A stretch of 64,000 bases of DNA from an uncultured Bacilli bacterium (lineage in GTDB: Bacteria > Bacillota_I > Bacilli_A > RFN20 > CAG-826): contig CALVRV010000002.1 in the NCBI GenBank assembly GCA_944358865.1, forward strand, positions 12,433 to 76,432, written 5' to 3'. This document shows, piece after piece, positions 1 to 8,867 of the stretch. Each line of letters begins with the position of its first letter. The first letter of the stretch is position 1. The notes under the pieces were generated by a model. The model was not told the DNA's origin. It was given only the letters and a program-made list of their open reading frames with translations, and made no database searches. Made by a program: the position numbers and the translations under genes.

Positions 1-1428
1 TTGTATCGTCTAATGTCGACATCTGGATTAATTATTTATGCATTATTAAATGGCATTAATAAATTATTATCATTAAAAATTAATGAGAAATATTCTAAAA
101 TTATTTCACTTGTAATTTTATCTTTGTATTTAGTTTTTACGTTGTTTAAATTTTCAATTTTACGTTTGACAGTGCTTTTTGTTTTTCGTTGGATCAATCA
201 ATATATTCTAAAAAATAAATTTTCTTATATTAGTATATTGTCTTTTTCTGGAATTATCTTTTTAATAATTGATCCTTATTTAGCATATCAAGATAGTTTT
301 ATTTTAGGATATTTAATTTCTTTAATTATTTACTTTACTAGAAATTCCTTTGTTTATTTAAAAAAGTGGCAATTAAATTTACTTATACCATTTGTGGTCT
401 TTTTATTTTTTATTCCATTTGAAATTCAATATTATCATGAAGTAAATTTATTTTCTTTTTTAATCGTTAATATTCTTTCTCCATTTATTATTTTAATTTC
501 TGTTGTTACTTTATTATGTTTTTATAAAATTCCATTGTACAGCGCTTCAGATTTTCTAATCGATGGTTTTAAAAACACAATAAGCTTTTTTAATAATTTT
601 TCAATCAACATACATGCAGGTGAAATGGGGTTATTATTAACTATTATTTATGAATTTGCTTTAATAATTTTAATTTATATTTTTTCTATCAAATTCAAAC
701 CATTTTATTCATTTTCTCTTACTTTTTTGTTATTTTTATCAATATATTTTGTTCCTATAAACAACTATATTAGTAATGAAGTTACATTTTTAAATGTTGG
801 TCAAGGTGACGCGACTTATATAAGATATAAAAACAATCATATTTTAATTGATACTGGAGGAAGTAATTATCAAGACATAGCAAAAGAATGTCTTATACCA
901 TTTTTTAAAAAGAGGAAAATATATCATTTAGACTATGTAATTACCACTCATAATGACATTGATCATAGTGGAGCGTTAAATTCATTACAAGAAAATTTTA
1001 ATGTCAAAAATTATGTTTATTTAGAAAAAGATTTTCCTTTAAATATAAATGGATTAATATTAACAAATTTAAATAATCTTATAAGTGAATCGCAAGATGA
1101 AAACGATCGTTCACTCGTAATTAATTTTACTATTGGAGACACTGATTTTTTAATTATGGGTGATGCTTCAAAAAAGATTGAAAGCGACATTATTAAAAAA
1201 TATCCTAATTTGGAATGCGACGTTTTAAAAATTGGACATCATGGATCTAAAACATCAACAAGTCAACAATTTATTGATTTTTTAAGACCAAAAGATGCAA
1301 TAATCTCTTGTGGATTAGATAATAATTATGGTCATCCAGATAGTTATGTGTTGTCTATTTTAAATTCGTACGATGTAAATATTTATCGAACAGATCTACA
1401 ATCTAGTATTTCATATCATTTTTATTAA
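1..1428 (+). CDS. comEC: DNA internalization competence protein ComEC/Rec2, C-terminal part (5' end outside window)
   Basis: ORF is open to the window edge. Many hydrophobic helices are followed by a metallo-beta-lactamase domain (NVGQGDA, THNDIDHSG, GHHGS). It lies upstream of the holA-rpsT region as in Bacillus. Confidence 0.85.
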   Translation: MYRLMSTSGLIIYALLNGINKLLSLKINEKYSKIISLVILSLYLVFTLFKFSILRLTVLFVFRWINQYILKNKFSYISILSFSGIIFLIIDPYLAYQDSFILGYLISLIIYFTRNSFVYLKKWQLNLLIPFVVFLFFIPFEIQYYHEVNLFSFLIVNILSPFIILISVVTLLCFYKIPLYSASDFLIDGFKNTISFFNNFSINIHAGEMGLLLTIIYEFALIILIYIFSIKFKPFYSFSLTFLLFLSIYFVPINNYISNEVTFLNVGQGDATYIRYKNNHILIDTGGSNYQDIAKECLIPFFKKRKIYHLDYVITTHNDIDHSGALNSLQENFNVKNYVYLEKDFPLNINGLILTNLNNLISESQDENDRSLVINFTIGDTDFLIMGDASKKIESDIIKKYPNLECDVLKIGHHGSKTSTSQQFIDFLRPKDAIISCGLDNNYGHPDSYVLSILNSYDVNIYRTDLQSSISYHFY

Positions 1429-1503
1429 GTAAAAATTTTTACAAATAGTATAAATTCATAATATAAGAATAAATTTAAATAAAATTCCACAAAAGATTTT
1501 TTA

Positions 1504-1622
1504 TTGATACGTTATTTTAATTCTTTAATAACATTATCAATTTATATATTTACAATATATATATTATTCGATATAATGATATCGATAAAAAAGTATCGAA
1601 TATCTTGATACTAAAGTTATCA
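1504..1622. promoter_or_regulatory. Cluster of TATC(A/G)A half-sites forming several dyads (candidate operator array)
   Basis: TTGATAC 1504-1510 pairs with TTATCAA 1534-1540. TCGATAT-AATG-ATATCGA at 1568-1585 overlaps the -10 box. GTATC-N9-GATAC lies at 1593-1611 and TGATA-N7-TATCA at 1606-1622. Confidence 0.35.
1549..1577 (+). promoter_or_regulatory. Candidate sigma-A promoter of the rex-adhE-hydrogenase array
   Basis: -35 TTTACA (1549-1554), 17-nt spacer, consensus -10 TATAAT (1572-1577). RBS AAGGAGG at 1631-1637 precedes the rex ATG at 1643. Confidence 0.45.
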
Positions 1623-1642
1623 CGCTTTGAAAGGAGGTTAAT

Positions 1643-2296
1643 ATGGCTAAAAACGATGTCGTTTCTTATTCATTATCTACAATTCAAAGATTACCATCTT
1701 ATTTAAGAGCTTTAAATGATTTGGCAAGTCAAAATGAAGAATATGTAACGACAATAACTTTAGGCAAAATCTTAAATATTAATCCAATGTCAATTAAAAA
1801 AGACCTAGCTATTATATCTAGTAAAGAAGGTCTTCCACATTATGGATTTAAAATTTCTATTTTAATTAGCGACATTGAGACGATTTTAGGGTATGATAAT
1901 ACTAAGGATGCTGTTATTATTGGTGTCGGTCATTTAGGGCAAGCTTTACTGAGCTATCCAGGCTTTACCAATTATGGTGTAAATATTTGCCTAGGCTTTG
2001 ACATTGATAGCAATCTAATCGGCCAAACAATTCATGGTGTAACTATTATGCCTTTAACAAAATTAGAAGATTTGATCGAAAGGCTACATATTCACATTGC
2101 AATTATTTGTGTGCCAAAAGATGCCGCCCAAGAAATTGCTAATCGTTTGAGTAAAACAACGATACGGGCGATATGGAACTGGGCGCCGATTAACTTAGCA
2201 GTACCTGATAATATTGTTTTAAAAAACGAAGATATTGCCTCATCTTTAGCAATATTAACGAGCCAAATGGAGCAATCTATGAAAAGGAACAAGTGA
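1643..2296 (+). CDS. rex: Redox-sensing transcriptional repressor Rex
   Basis: N-terminal winged helix (TIQRLPSYLRAL) followed by a Rossmann NADH-binding motif (IIGVGHLGQAL). Length 217 aa is typical. It sits directly upstream of adhE. Confidence 0.9.
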   Translation: MAKNDVVSYSLSTIQRLPSYLRALNDLASQNEEYVTTITLGKILNINPMSIKKDLAIISSKEGLPHYGFKISILISDIETILGYDNTKDAVIIGVGHLGQALLSYPGFTNYGVNICLGFDIDSNLIGQTIHGVTIMPLTKLEDLIERLHIHIAIICVPKDAAQEIANRLSKTTIRAIWNWAPINLAVPDNIVLKNEDIASSLAILTSQMEQSMKRNK

Positions 2297-2300
2297 AATT

Positions 2301-4910
2301 ATGGAAGAAAGAAAAATTGTGGACAGCTTAGAAGCACTAGAAGCTGAAATTAAAAAAGTTAGAGAAGCACAAGCAAAATTTGCTACCTACACTCAAGAGC
2401 AAGTTGATGCAATTTTCTTAGCTAGTGCAAAAGCTGCTAATATGGCACGTATTCCTTTAGCCAAATTAGCAGTAGAAGAAACTGGAATGGGTGTCGTTGA
2501 AGACAAAGTAATTAAAAACCATTTCGCAAGCGAATATATTTATAACGCTTATCGTCATAGTCAAACTGTTGGTGTTTTTGAAGAAGACAAAGAATATGGT
2601 ATTAAAAAATTATATGAACCAATTGGTTTAGTAGGCGCTGTTATTCCTACTACTAATCCAACATCAACTGCCATTTTTAAAACTTTAATTTCTTTAAAAA
2701 CTAGAAATGGTATTATCATTTCACCACATCCAAGAGCAAAAAAATCAACTATTGCTGCTGCTAAAATTGTTTTAGATGCTGCAGTTAAAGCTGGTGCACC
2801 AGAAAATATTATTTCTTGGATTGATGTCCCATCTCTTGATATGACTACTTTATTGATGCATGAATCTGATATTATTCTTGCTACTGGTGGTCCTGGCATG
2901 GTTCATTCTGCTTATAGTAGTGGAAAACCAGCTTTAGGTGTCGGTGCTGGTAATACTCCTGCCATCATCGATAGTAGTGCTGACATTGTTTTAGCGGTCA
3001 ACTCAATTATTCATTCTAAAACATTTGATAATGGTATGATTTGTGCCAGTGAACAATCATGTATTGTTTTAGATGATGTTTATGATGCTGTTAAAGCTGA
3101 ATTTATCAAAAGAGGTTGTTATTTCTTGAATCCTGAAGAAACTGAAAAAGTTAGAAAAACAATCATCATTAATGGTGCGTTAAATGCTAAAATTGTTGGA
3201 CAAAAAGCTCATACAATTGCTAAATTAGCAGGCGTCGATGTTAAAGAAGATACTAAAGTTTTAATTGGCGAAGTCGAATCTGTTGATATAAGTGAAGAAT
3301 TTGCTCATGAAAAATTATCTCCAGTTCTTGCTATGTATCGCGCGAAAGACTTTACTGACGCAGTGGATAAAGCAAGCCATTTAATTGCTGATGGTGGTTA
3401 TGGTCATACATCTTCTTTATATATAAATGTTATTAAAGAACAAGAAAAAATTAATGTTTTCCAAGAAGCGATGAAAACTTGCCGTATTTTAATTAATACT
3501 CCTTCTAGCCAAGGTGGTATCGGTGATTTATATAACTTTAAATTATTACCATCATTGACTTTAGGTTGTGGATCCTGGGGAGGAAACTCGGTTAGTGAAA
3601 ACGTTGGAATTAAACATTTATTAAATATTAAAACCGTCGCTGAAAGGAGAAATAATATGTTGTGGTTTAGAGCCCCAAGCAAGGTTTATATTAAAAAAGG
3701 CTGTTTACCTGTTGCACTTCGTGAATTAAAAGAAGTTTATAATAAAAAAAGAGCCTTTATTGTTACAGACTCATTCTTATATAAAAATGGTTATACTAAA
3801 ACAATTGAAAAATGCTTATCAGAAATGGGCATTGAATATGCAACATTCTTTGATGTGGCACCAGATCCTACTTTACAATGTGCCCAAGAAGGTGTTAAAC
3901 AATTGAGTGCTTTCCAACCTGATGTCATTATATCTATCGGTGGTGGTAGCGCGATGGATGCTGGTAAAATCATGTGGGTTTTATATGAACATCCAGAATG
4001 TGATTTCCAAGATATGGCTATGCGTTTTAGCGATATTAGAAAAAGAGTATATCAATTCCCAAGAATGGGTGAAAAAGCATTCTTTATTGCTATTCCAACA
4101 AGTGCTGGTACTGGTAGTGAAGTTACTCCATTTGCTGTTATTACTGATGCGACAACTGGTACAAAATATCCTCTTGCCGACTATGAATTGATGCCTAATA
4201 TGGCAATTGTTGATACTGACTTAATGATGTCAGCGCCAAAAGGATTGACTTCTGCTAGTGGTATTGACGCAGTTAGCCATAACTTAGAAGCTTTAGTTTC
4301 AACAATGGCTACTGATTATACTGATGGCTTAGCTTTACAATCATTAAAAATGATTTTCGAATATTTACCACGTGCCTACAATGATGGACTTCATGATGTT
4401 GAAGCTCGTGAAAAAATGGCTAATGCTGCCACAATGGCTGGTATGGCATTTGCTAATGCTTTCTTAGGCGTTTGCCACTCTATGGCGCATAAATTGGGTG
4501 CATTCCATCATATTGCTCACGGTGTCGCTAATGCTTTAATGCTTGAAGAAGTTATCGCCTTTAACAGTGCTGATGTTCCTACTAAGATGGGTACATTCCC
4601 ACAATACGATCATCCATTTGCAAAACATAAATATGCTCTTGCCGCGGATGCCTTAGGTTTAAAAGGCAAAAATGATGACGAAAAAGTTGAAGCTTTAATC
4701 AAAGCAGTTCATGAATTAAAACATCAAATTGGTATTAAAGATACAATTAAAGAATATGGCATCGATGAAAAGAATTTCCTTGATCGTCTTGATGATATGG
4801 TCGAACAAGCTTTTGACGATCAATGTACAGGTGCCAACCCACGTTATCCTTTAATGAGTGAAATTAAACAAATGTATTTAAATGCCTATTATGGTAAGAA
4901 AGGAAAATAA
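2301..4910 (+). CDS. adhE: Bifunctional acetaldehyde-CoA/alcohol dehydrogenase AdhE
   Basis: 869 aa. N-terminal aldehyde dehydrogenase domain (catalytic MICASEQS). C-terminal iron-containing alcohol dehydrogenase domain (GGGSAMDAGK and a His-rich metal site, HSMAHKLGAFHHIAHG). Confidence 0.95.
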   Translation: MEERKIVDSLEALEAEIKKVREAQAKFATYTQEQVDAIFLASAKAANMARIPLAKLAVEETGMGVVEDKVIKNHFASEYIYNAYRHSQTVGVFEEDKEYGIKKLYEPIGLVGAVIPTTNPTSTAIFKTLISLKTRNGIIISPHPRAKKSTIAAAKIVLDAAVKAGAPENIISWIDVPSLDMTTLLMHESDIILATGGPGMVHSAYSSGKPALGVGAGNTPAIIDSSADIVLAVNSIIHSKTFDNGMICASEQSCIVLDDVYDAVKAEFIKRGCYFLNPEETEKVRKTIIINGALNAKIVGQKAHTIAKLAGVDVKEDTKVLIGEVESVDISEEFAHEKLSPVLAMYRAKDFTDAVDKASHLIADGGYGHTSSLYINVIKEQEKINVFQEAMKTCRILINTPSSQGGIGDLYNFKLLPSLTLGCGSWGGNSVSENVGIKHLLNIKTVAERRNNMLWFRAPSKVYIKKGCLPVALRELKEVYNKKRAFIVTDSFLYKNGYTKTIEKCLSEMGIEYATFFDVAPDPTLQCAQEGVKQLSAFQPDVIISIGGGSAMDAGKIMWVLYEHPECDFQDMAMRFSDIRKRVYQFPRMGEKAFFIAIPTSAGTGSEVTPFAVITDATTGTKYPLADYELMPNMAIVDTDLMMSAPKGLTSASGIDAVSHNLEALVSTMATDYTDGLALQSLKMIFEYLPRAYNDGLHDVEAREKMANAATMAGMAFANAFLGVCHSMAHKLGAFHHIAHGVANALMLEEVIAFNSADVPTKMGTFPQYDHPFAKHKYALAADALGLKGKNDDEKVEALIKAVHELKHQIGIKDTIKEYGIDEKNFLDRLDDMVEQAFDDQCTGANPRYPLMSEIKQMYLNAYYGKKGK

Positions 4911-4913
4911 AAA

Positions 4914-5669
4914 ATGGAACAAAAAAGAATTGTTGCTATCCGCACAGGAAAAACGATTTATCGTGAAAATGATAAATTATACAAAGTCTTTGAAGAAAAT
5001 TATAAAAAAAGCGACATTTTAAATGAAGCCTTAAACCATGCACGTGTCGAAGAAAGTGGTTTAGTTGTTCCAACTTTACACGAAGTGGGAAATATCGATG
5101 GCAAGTGGACTTTAGTGTATCAATATATTAAAGGTAAAACTTTAGAACAATTGATGGCTAAAAATCCAGATAAAATCGATGAATATTTAGAATTATTCGT
5201 TAATTTACAAATGGAAATTCATTCTAAATCTATTCCACATTTAAATAAAATCAAAGACAAAATTAAAGATCGTATTTCACAATGTGAACAATTAGACGCG
5301 ACGACAAGATATGAACTTCATACTCATCTTGCTTCTATGCCAAACCATGACCACGTTATTCATGGCGATTTCAATCCTTCTAATATTATTATTAGTGATG
5401 ATGATGGTAAAGTTTATGTTGTTGACTGGGCACACGCTAGTCAAGGTAATTCAAGTTATGATGCAGCGATGACATATTTATTGCTCCAATTAAGCGGTAA
5501 TTTGACACTTGCTGATAAATATTTAGATTTATATTGTAAGAAGACAAATACTTTAAAAAATTATGTCCAAAGTTGGATTCCAATTGTGGCTGCTGCTAAA
5601 CTTGTCACATGCCGCAAAGAAGAAGCTGAATTTTTAAAACATGCTTTAAATATTTATGATCATGAATAA
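4914..5669 (+). CDS. Aminoglycoside/choline-kinase-fold (APH family) phosphotransferase, substrate unknown
   Basis: HxDxxxxN catalytic loop (H150-GDFNPSN), metal-binding D in VVDW (D171) and a beta3-Lys candidate (LYKVF). The gene starts 3 nt after the adhE stop. Confidence 0.7.
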   Translation: MEQKRIVAIRTGKTIYRENDKLYKVFEENYKKSDILNEALNHARVEESGLVVPTLHEVGNIDGKWTLVYQYIKGKTLEQLMAKNPDKIDEYLELFVNLQMEIHSKSIPHLNKIKDKIKDRISQCEQLDATTRYELHTHLASMPNHDHVIHGDFNPSNIIISDDDGKVYVVDWAHASQGNSSYDAAMTYLLLQLSGNLTLADKYLDLYCKKTNTLKNYVQSWIPIVAAAKLVTCRKEEAEFLKHALNIYDHE

Positions 5670-5680
5670 GGAGTAGAAAT

Positions 5681-5929
5681 ATGGTTAAAGTTACAGTTTG
5701 TATTGGTAGTTCCTGCCATTTAAAAGGATCACGTCAAGTTGTTGAAGAATTACAATATCTTATTAAAGAAAACAATGTTGGTGATGAAGTTAATTTAGCT
5801 GGTGCATTTTGCATGGGCAAGTGCCAAGAAAAAGGCGTAAATGTTACTGTTGATGGCCAACATTATTCCATTTTACCAGAAGAAGTAAAACAATTTTTTA
5901 ACGATAAAATTTTAACAAAAATTAAATAA
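5681..5929 (+). CDS. Thioredoxin-like [2Fe-2S] ferredoxin (NuoE/HndA-like small protein)
   Basis: 82 aa with Cys pattern C7-x4-C12 ... C44-x3-C48 (CIGSSC ... CMGKC). It lies immediately upstream of the sensory hydrogenase gene. Confidence 0.7.
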   Translation: MVKVTVCIGSSCHLKGSRQVVEELQYLIKENNVGDEVNLAGAFCMGKCQEKGVNVTVDGQHYSILPEEVKQFFNDKILTKIK

Positions 5930-5959
5930 TTTTAATCTATTTATTAAAGTAGGGATAAG

Positions 5960-7675
5960 ATGATGATTAATTTTTTAGAATTTAAACCTGCCAAATGTAA
6001 AGACTGCTATAAATGTTTAAAACATTGTCCAGTCAACGCGATTGAGGTTATTAACCACCAAGCACAAATTATTTCTAGCCGATGTATTTTGTGTGGGAAT
6101 TGTACTCTTATTTGCCCGCAAAACGCTAAGAAAGTTCATAATTCAATTGATGAAGTGTTAGACCTTATTAAACAAAACGATAATGTTATTGCAAGTGTTG
6201 CACCAAGTTTTGTTTCTTCCTTTAACATCGATGATTTTGAAGTTATACGTGAAGCTTTAAAAACAATTGGCTTTAAAGATGCTTTTGAAACTGCAATCGG
6301 TGCTTATGCGGTATCAAGAGAATATGAAAAATTACTTGCTAGTGGTAAATTTAAAAATTTTATAACATCAGCTTGTCCCGCGATAAATAGAATGATTCAA
6401 CTTTATTATCATGATGCTTTAAAATATCTAGCGCCTGTTGTTTCTCCTATGGTCGCACATTATCGCATTATTAAAGCTAATAATCCTAATGCTAAAGTTG
6501 TATTTATTGGACCATGTATTGCTAAAAAAAGAGAAGCATATGAAAATAATTTAGATGGTTGCTTAACTTTTGAAGAAATCAATCAAATTTTTAAAAAAGA
6601 AAATATTGATTTAAGAAAAATTAATATTACTAATACTACTAAAGGTGTTGTTAATAGCGCTAAATATTATCCAATTAGTCGTGGCATAATTAAATCTTTT
6701 GATAATAATTTTGTAAAAGGCTATGAATATCTTGCTATGGATGGAAATCAAAAAGCAAGAGAAATACTTGATAATATCGATAAAGTTGATGGCATTTTTA
6801 TTGAACTTAATTCTTGTGATAATGCTTGTGTTAATGGACCTTGTTCATTACTAAGTAAAGGAACTAGTTTAAACGCTAATAGTGCAATTAGAAAATATGT
6901 TAGAAAAGATATTGTAAGCGGTGGAACTTCTAAATTAGAAATACCTGATAACATTGACTTTTCTTATCAATTTAAACCATTAGACGCTCATGATAGAGAA
7001 CCAAGCGAAGAAGAAATAAAAGATATTTTAGCTAGAACTGGTAAATATAGTAAAGAAGATGAATTAAATTGCGGTGCTTGTGGCTATGATACATGTAGAA
7101 AAAAAGCTTGGGCTGTTATAAATGGATATGCTGATATTGAAATGTGTGTTCCATATATGAGAAAAAAAGCTGAATCCATGTCTTATGAAATCATACAAAA
7201 TATGCCAAATGGTATTATTGTTTGTGATGACAATTATCATATAAAAGAAATAAATTCCATGGCATGCAAATTATTTTTAGTCTCACCAAATGAAGCTAAA
7301 AATATGTTTGTCTATGAACTAATGGATAGCAGTGCTTTTGAAGGAGCCTTAGAAAAAAAGAAAAATACCTATCATCAAAAAATAGATATTTTAAAAACTC
7401 ATTCTGTTGTGGATATGAGTGTTATTGCACTTAGAGAAGAGCATTCTGCTTTTGCTGTTTTAAAAGATATAACCGAAAAGCAAAAAGTCAAAAATGAATT
7501 TAATAAATTAAGAGCTAATACGATAAACACTACTGATGAAGTAATTAAAAAACAAATGCGTGTTGCGCAAGAAATAGCTTCTGTTTTAGGTGAAACTGTA
7601 GCAGAAACAAAAGTAGCAATATTAAATCTTAAAAAATCTTTAGAAAATGAAAATAAAATAGATGAGGATGAATAA
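5960..7675 (+). CDS. hydS: Sensory-type [FeFe] hydrogenase homologue with C-terminal PAS domain (HydS / group C-like)
   Basis: Two N-terminal CxxCxxCxxxCP ferredoxin motifs. Variant H-cluster motifs TSACP (136-140), GPCIAKKRE and ELNSCDNACVNGPC. Extra Cx2Cx4Cx16C motif (C371, C374, C379, C396), then a PAS-like region (about aa 405-520). Confidence 0.8.
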   Translation: MMINFLEFKPAKCKDCYKCLKHCPVNAIEVINHQAQIISSRCILCGNCTLICPQNAKKVHNSIDEVLDLIKQNDNVIASVAPSFVSSFNIDDFEVIREALKTIGFKDAFETAIGAYAVSREYEKLLASGKFKNFITSACPAINRMIQLYYHDALKYLAPVVSPMVAHYRIIKANNPNAKVVFIGPCIAKKREAYENNLDGCLTFEEINQIFKKENIDLRKINITNTTKGVVNSAKYYPISRGIIKSFDNNFVKGYEYLAMDGNQKAREILDNIDKVDGIFIELNSCDNACVNGPCSLLSKGTSLNANSAIRKYVRKDIVSGGTSKLEIPDNIDFSYQFKPLDAHDREPSEEEIKDILARTGKYSKEDELNCGACGYDTCRKKAWAVINGYADIEMCVPYMRKKAESMSYEIIQNMPNGIIVCDDNYHIKEINSMACKLFLVSPNEAKNMFVYELMDSSAFEGALEKKKNTYHQKIDILKTHSVVDMSVIALREEHSAFAVLKDITEKQKVKNEFNKLRANTINTTDEVIKKQMRVAQEIASVLGETVAETKVAILNLKKSLENENKIDEDE

Positions 7676-8840
7676 TAATATGTCATTATTTATTGATTTT
7701 GGATATACATCTTTAAATCATTTTGGTGAAGAACTTTGTGGTGACAAAGTTGAATATGCTAAAAATAATGATTATGTTACTTTAGTTTTAGCAGATGGTT
7801 TAGGAAGCGGAGTTAAGGCTAATATTTTAAGTACCTTAACTAGTAAAATTTTATGTACCATGGTATCTAATAACGTTTCAATAAATGAATGTTTAGAAAC
7901 AATGGTCGCGTCCTTACCTGTTTGTAAAGAACGTGGAGTTGCTTATTCAACTTTTACAGTTGTTCATATCAATCACGAAGGTAAAGGATTCCTATTTGAA
8001 TTTGATAATCCACAGGCTATTTATATTCATGATGGCAAATGTTTAGACTTAGAAAGAAAAAAGATTACTGTATCAGGAAAAGATGTCTATCAAAGTGATT
8101 TAAATTTAAAAGATAATGACTTTATTGTTACTATGAGTGATGGGGCAATTCATGCCGGTATTGGTGCGACATTAAATTTTGGATGGGAAAGAGAAGACAT
8201 TAAAAAATATTTAGAATCAGTCTATGATAAAAATATGTCCGCGAAAGCTATCGCGTGTAGTCTTGCTAAATCTTGCAACGATCTATATCTTGATAAGCCA
8301 GGTGATGATACCACCATCGCGGCAATTAAAATAAGAAAATCTTTACGTGTCCATATTATGGTTGGGCCACCAGTTGATAAAAGCAAAGATGAATATTATA
8401 TTTCTAGATTTTTAAAAGATGCAGATAAGACTATTGTGTGTGGAGGAACTTCTTCAACCATAGTAGCTCGTTATCTAAATAAACCTATTGAAGTCGATTT
8501 AACTTATTTAGATAGCGATGTGCCTCCAATGGGTAAAATTGAAGGTATTGATTTAGTTACTGAAGGAGTTTTAACCTTACGTAAATTGCTAGAACTAAGT
8601 GAAGAATATTTATCTATTGTTGATTTATCGCCTAAAATTTTTATTAAAAAAGATGGTGCGACTCGTCTAGCTGATATGCTATTTATTGAGGCAAGTGATG
8701 TTGATTTTTATGTCGGACAATCAATAAACGCAGCGCATCAAGGATTACCTATTGATATTACTATGAAACTTAAATTAGTAGAATCTTTAGCAAATAATTT
8801 AAAAAAAATGGGCAAAAATGTTACATTAAATTATGATTAA
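7662..8840 (+). CDS. PP2C/SpoIIE-family protein Ser/Thr phosphatase with uncharacterised C-terminal domain
   Basis: N-terminal half has SpoIIE-like motifs (CGDKVEY, LADGLGSGVKANILS, MSDGAIHAG, GDDTTIAAIK). The start may instead be the ATG at 7680, with GAGGA 11 nt upstream. The ORF overlaps the hydS stop. Confidence 0.8.
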   Translation: MRMNNNMSLFIDFGYTSLNHFGEELCGDKVEYAKNNDYVTLVLADGLGSGVKANILSTLTSKILCTMVSNNVSINECLETMVASLPVCKERGVAYSTFTVVHINHEGKGFLFEFDNPQAIYIHDGKCLDLERKKITVSGKDVYQSDLNLKDNDFIVTMSDGAIHAGIGATLNFGWEREDIKKYLESVYDKNMSAKAIACSLAKSCNDLYLDKPGDDTTIAAIKIRKSLRVHIMVGPPVDKSKDEYYISRFLKDADKTIVCGGTSSTIVARYLNKPIEVDLTYLDSDVPPMGKIEGIDLVTEGVLTLRKLLELSEEYLSIVDLSPKIFIKKDGATRLADMLFIEASDVDFYVGQSINAAHQGLPIDITMKLKLVESLANNLKKMGKNVTLNYD

Positions 8841-8867
8841 TATAAAATATTAAGTGAGGGAGAGTAA

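Noticed and set aside
1605-1623. Calling the dyad TGATA-N7-TATCA a bona fide Rex box.
   Set aside because: Its half-site sequence and odd spacer do not match the TTGTGAA/TTGTTAA-type Rex consensus. It is kept only as an unassigned candidate operator; see the finding for 1504-1622.
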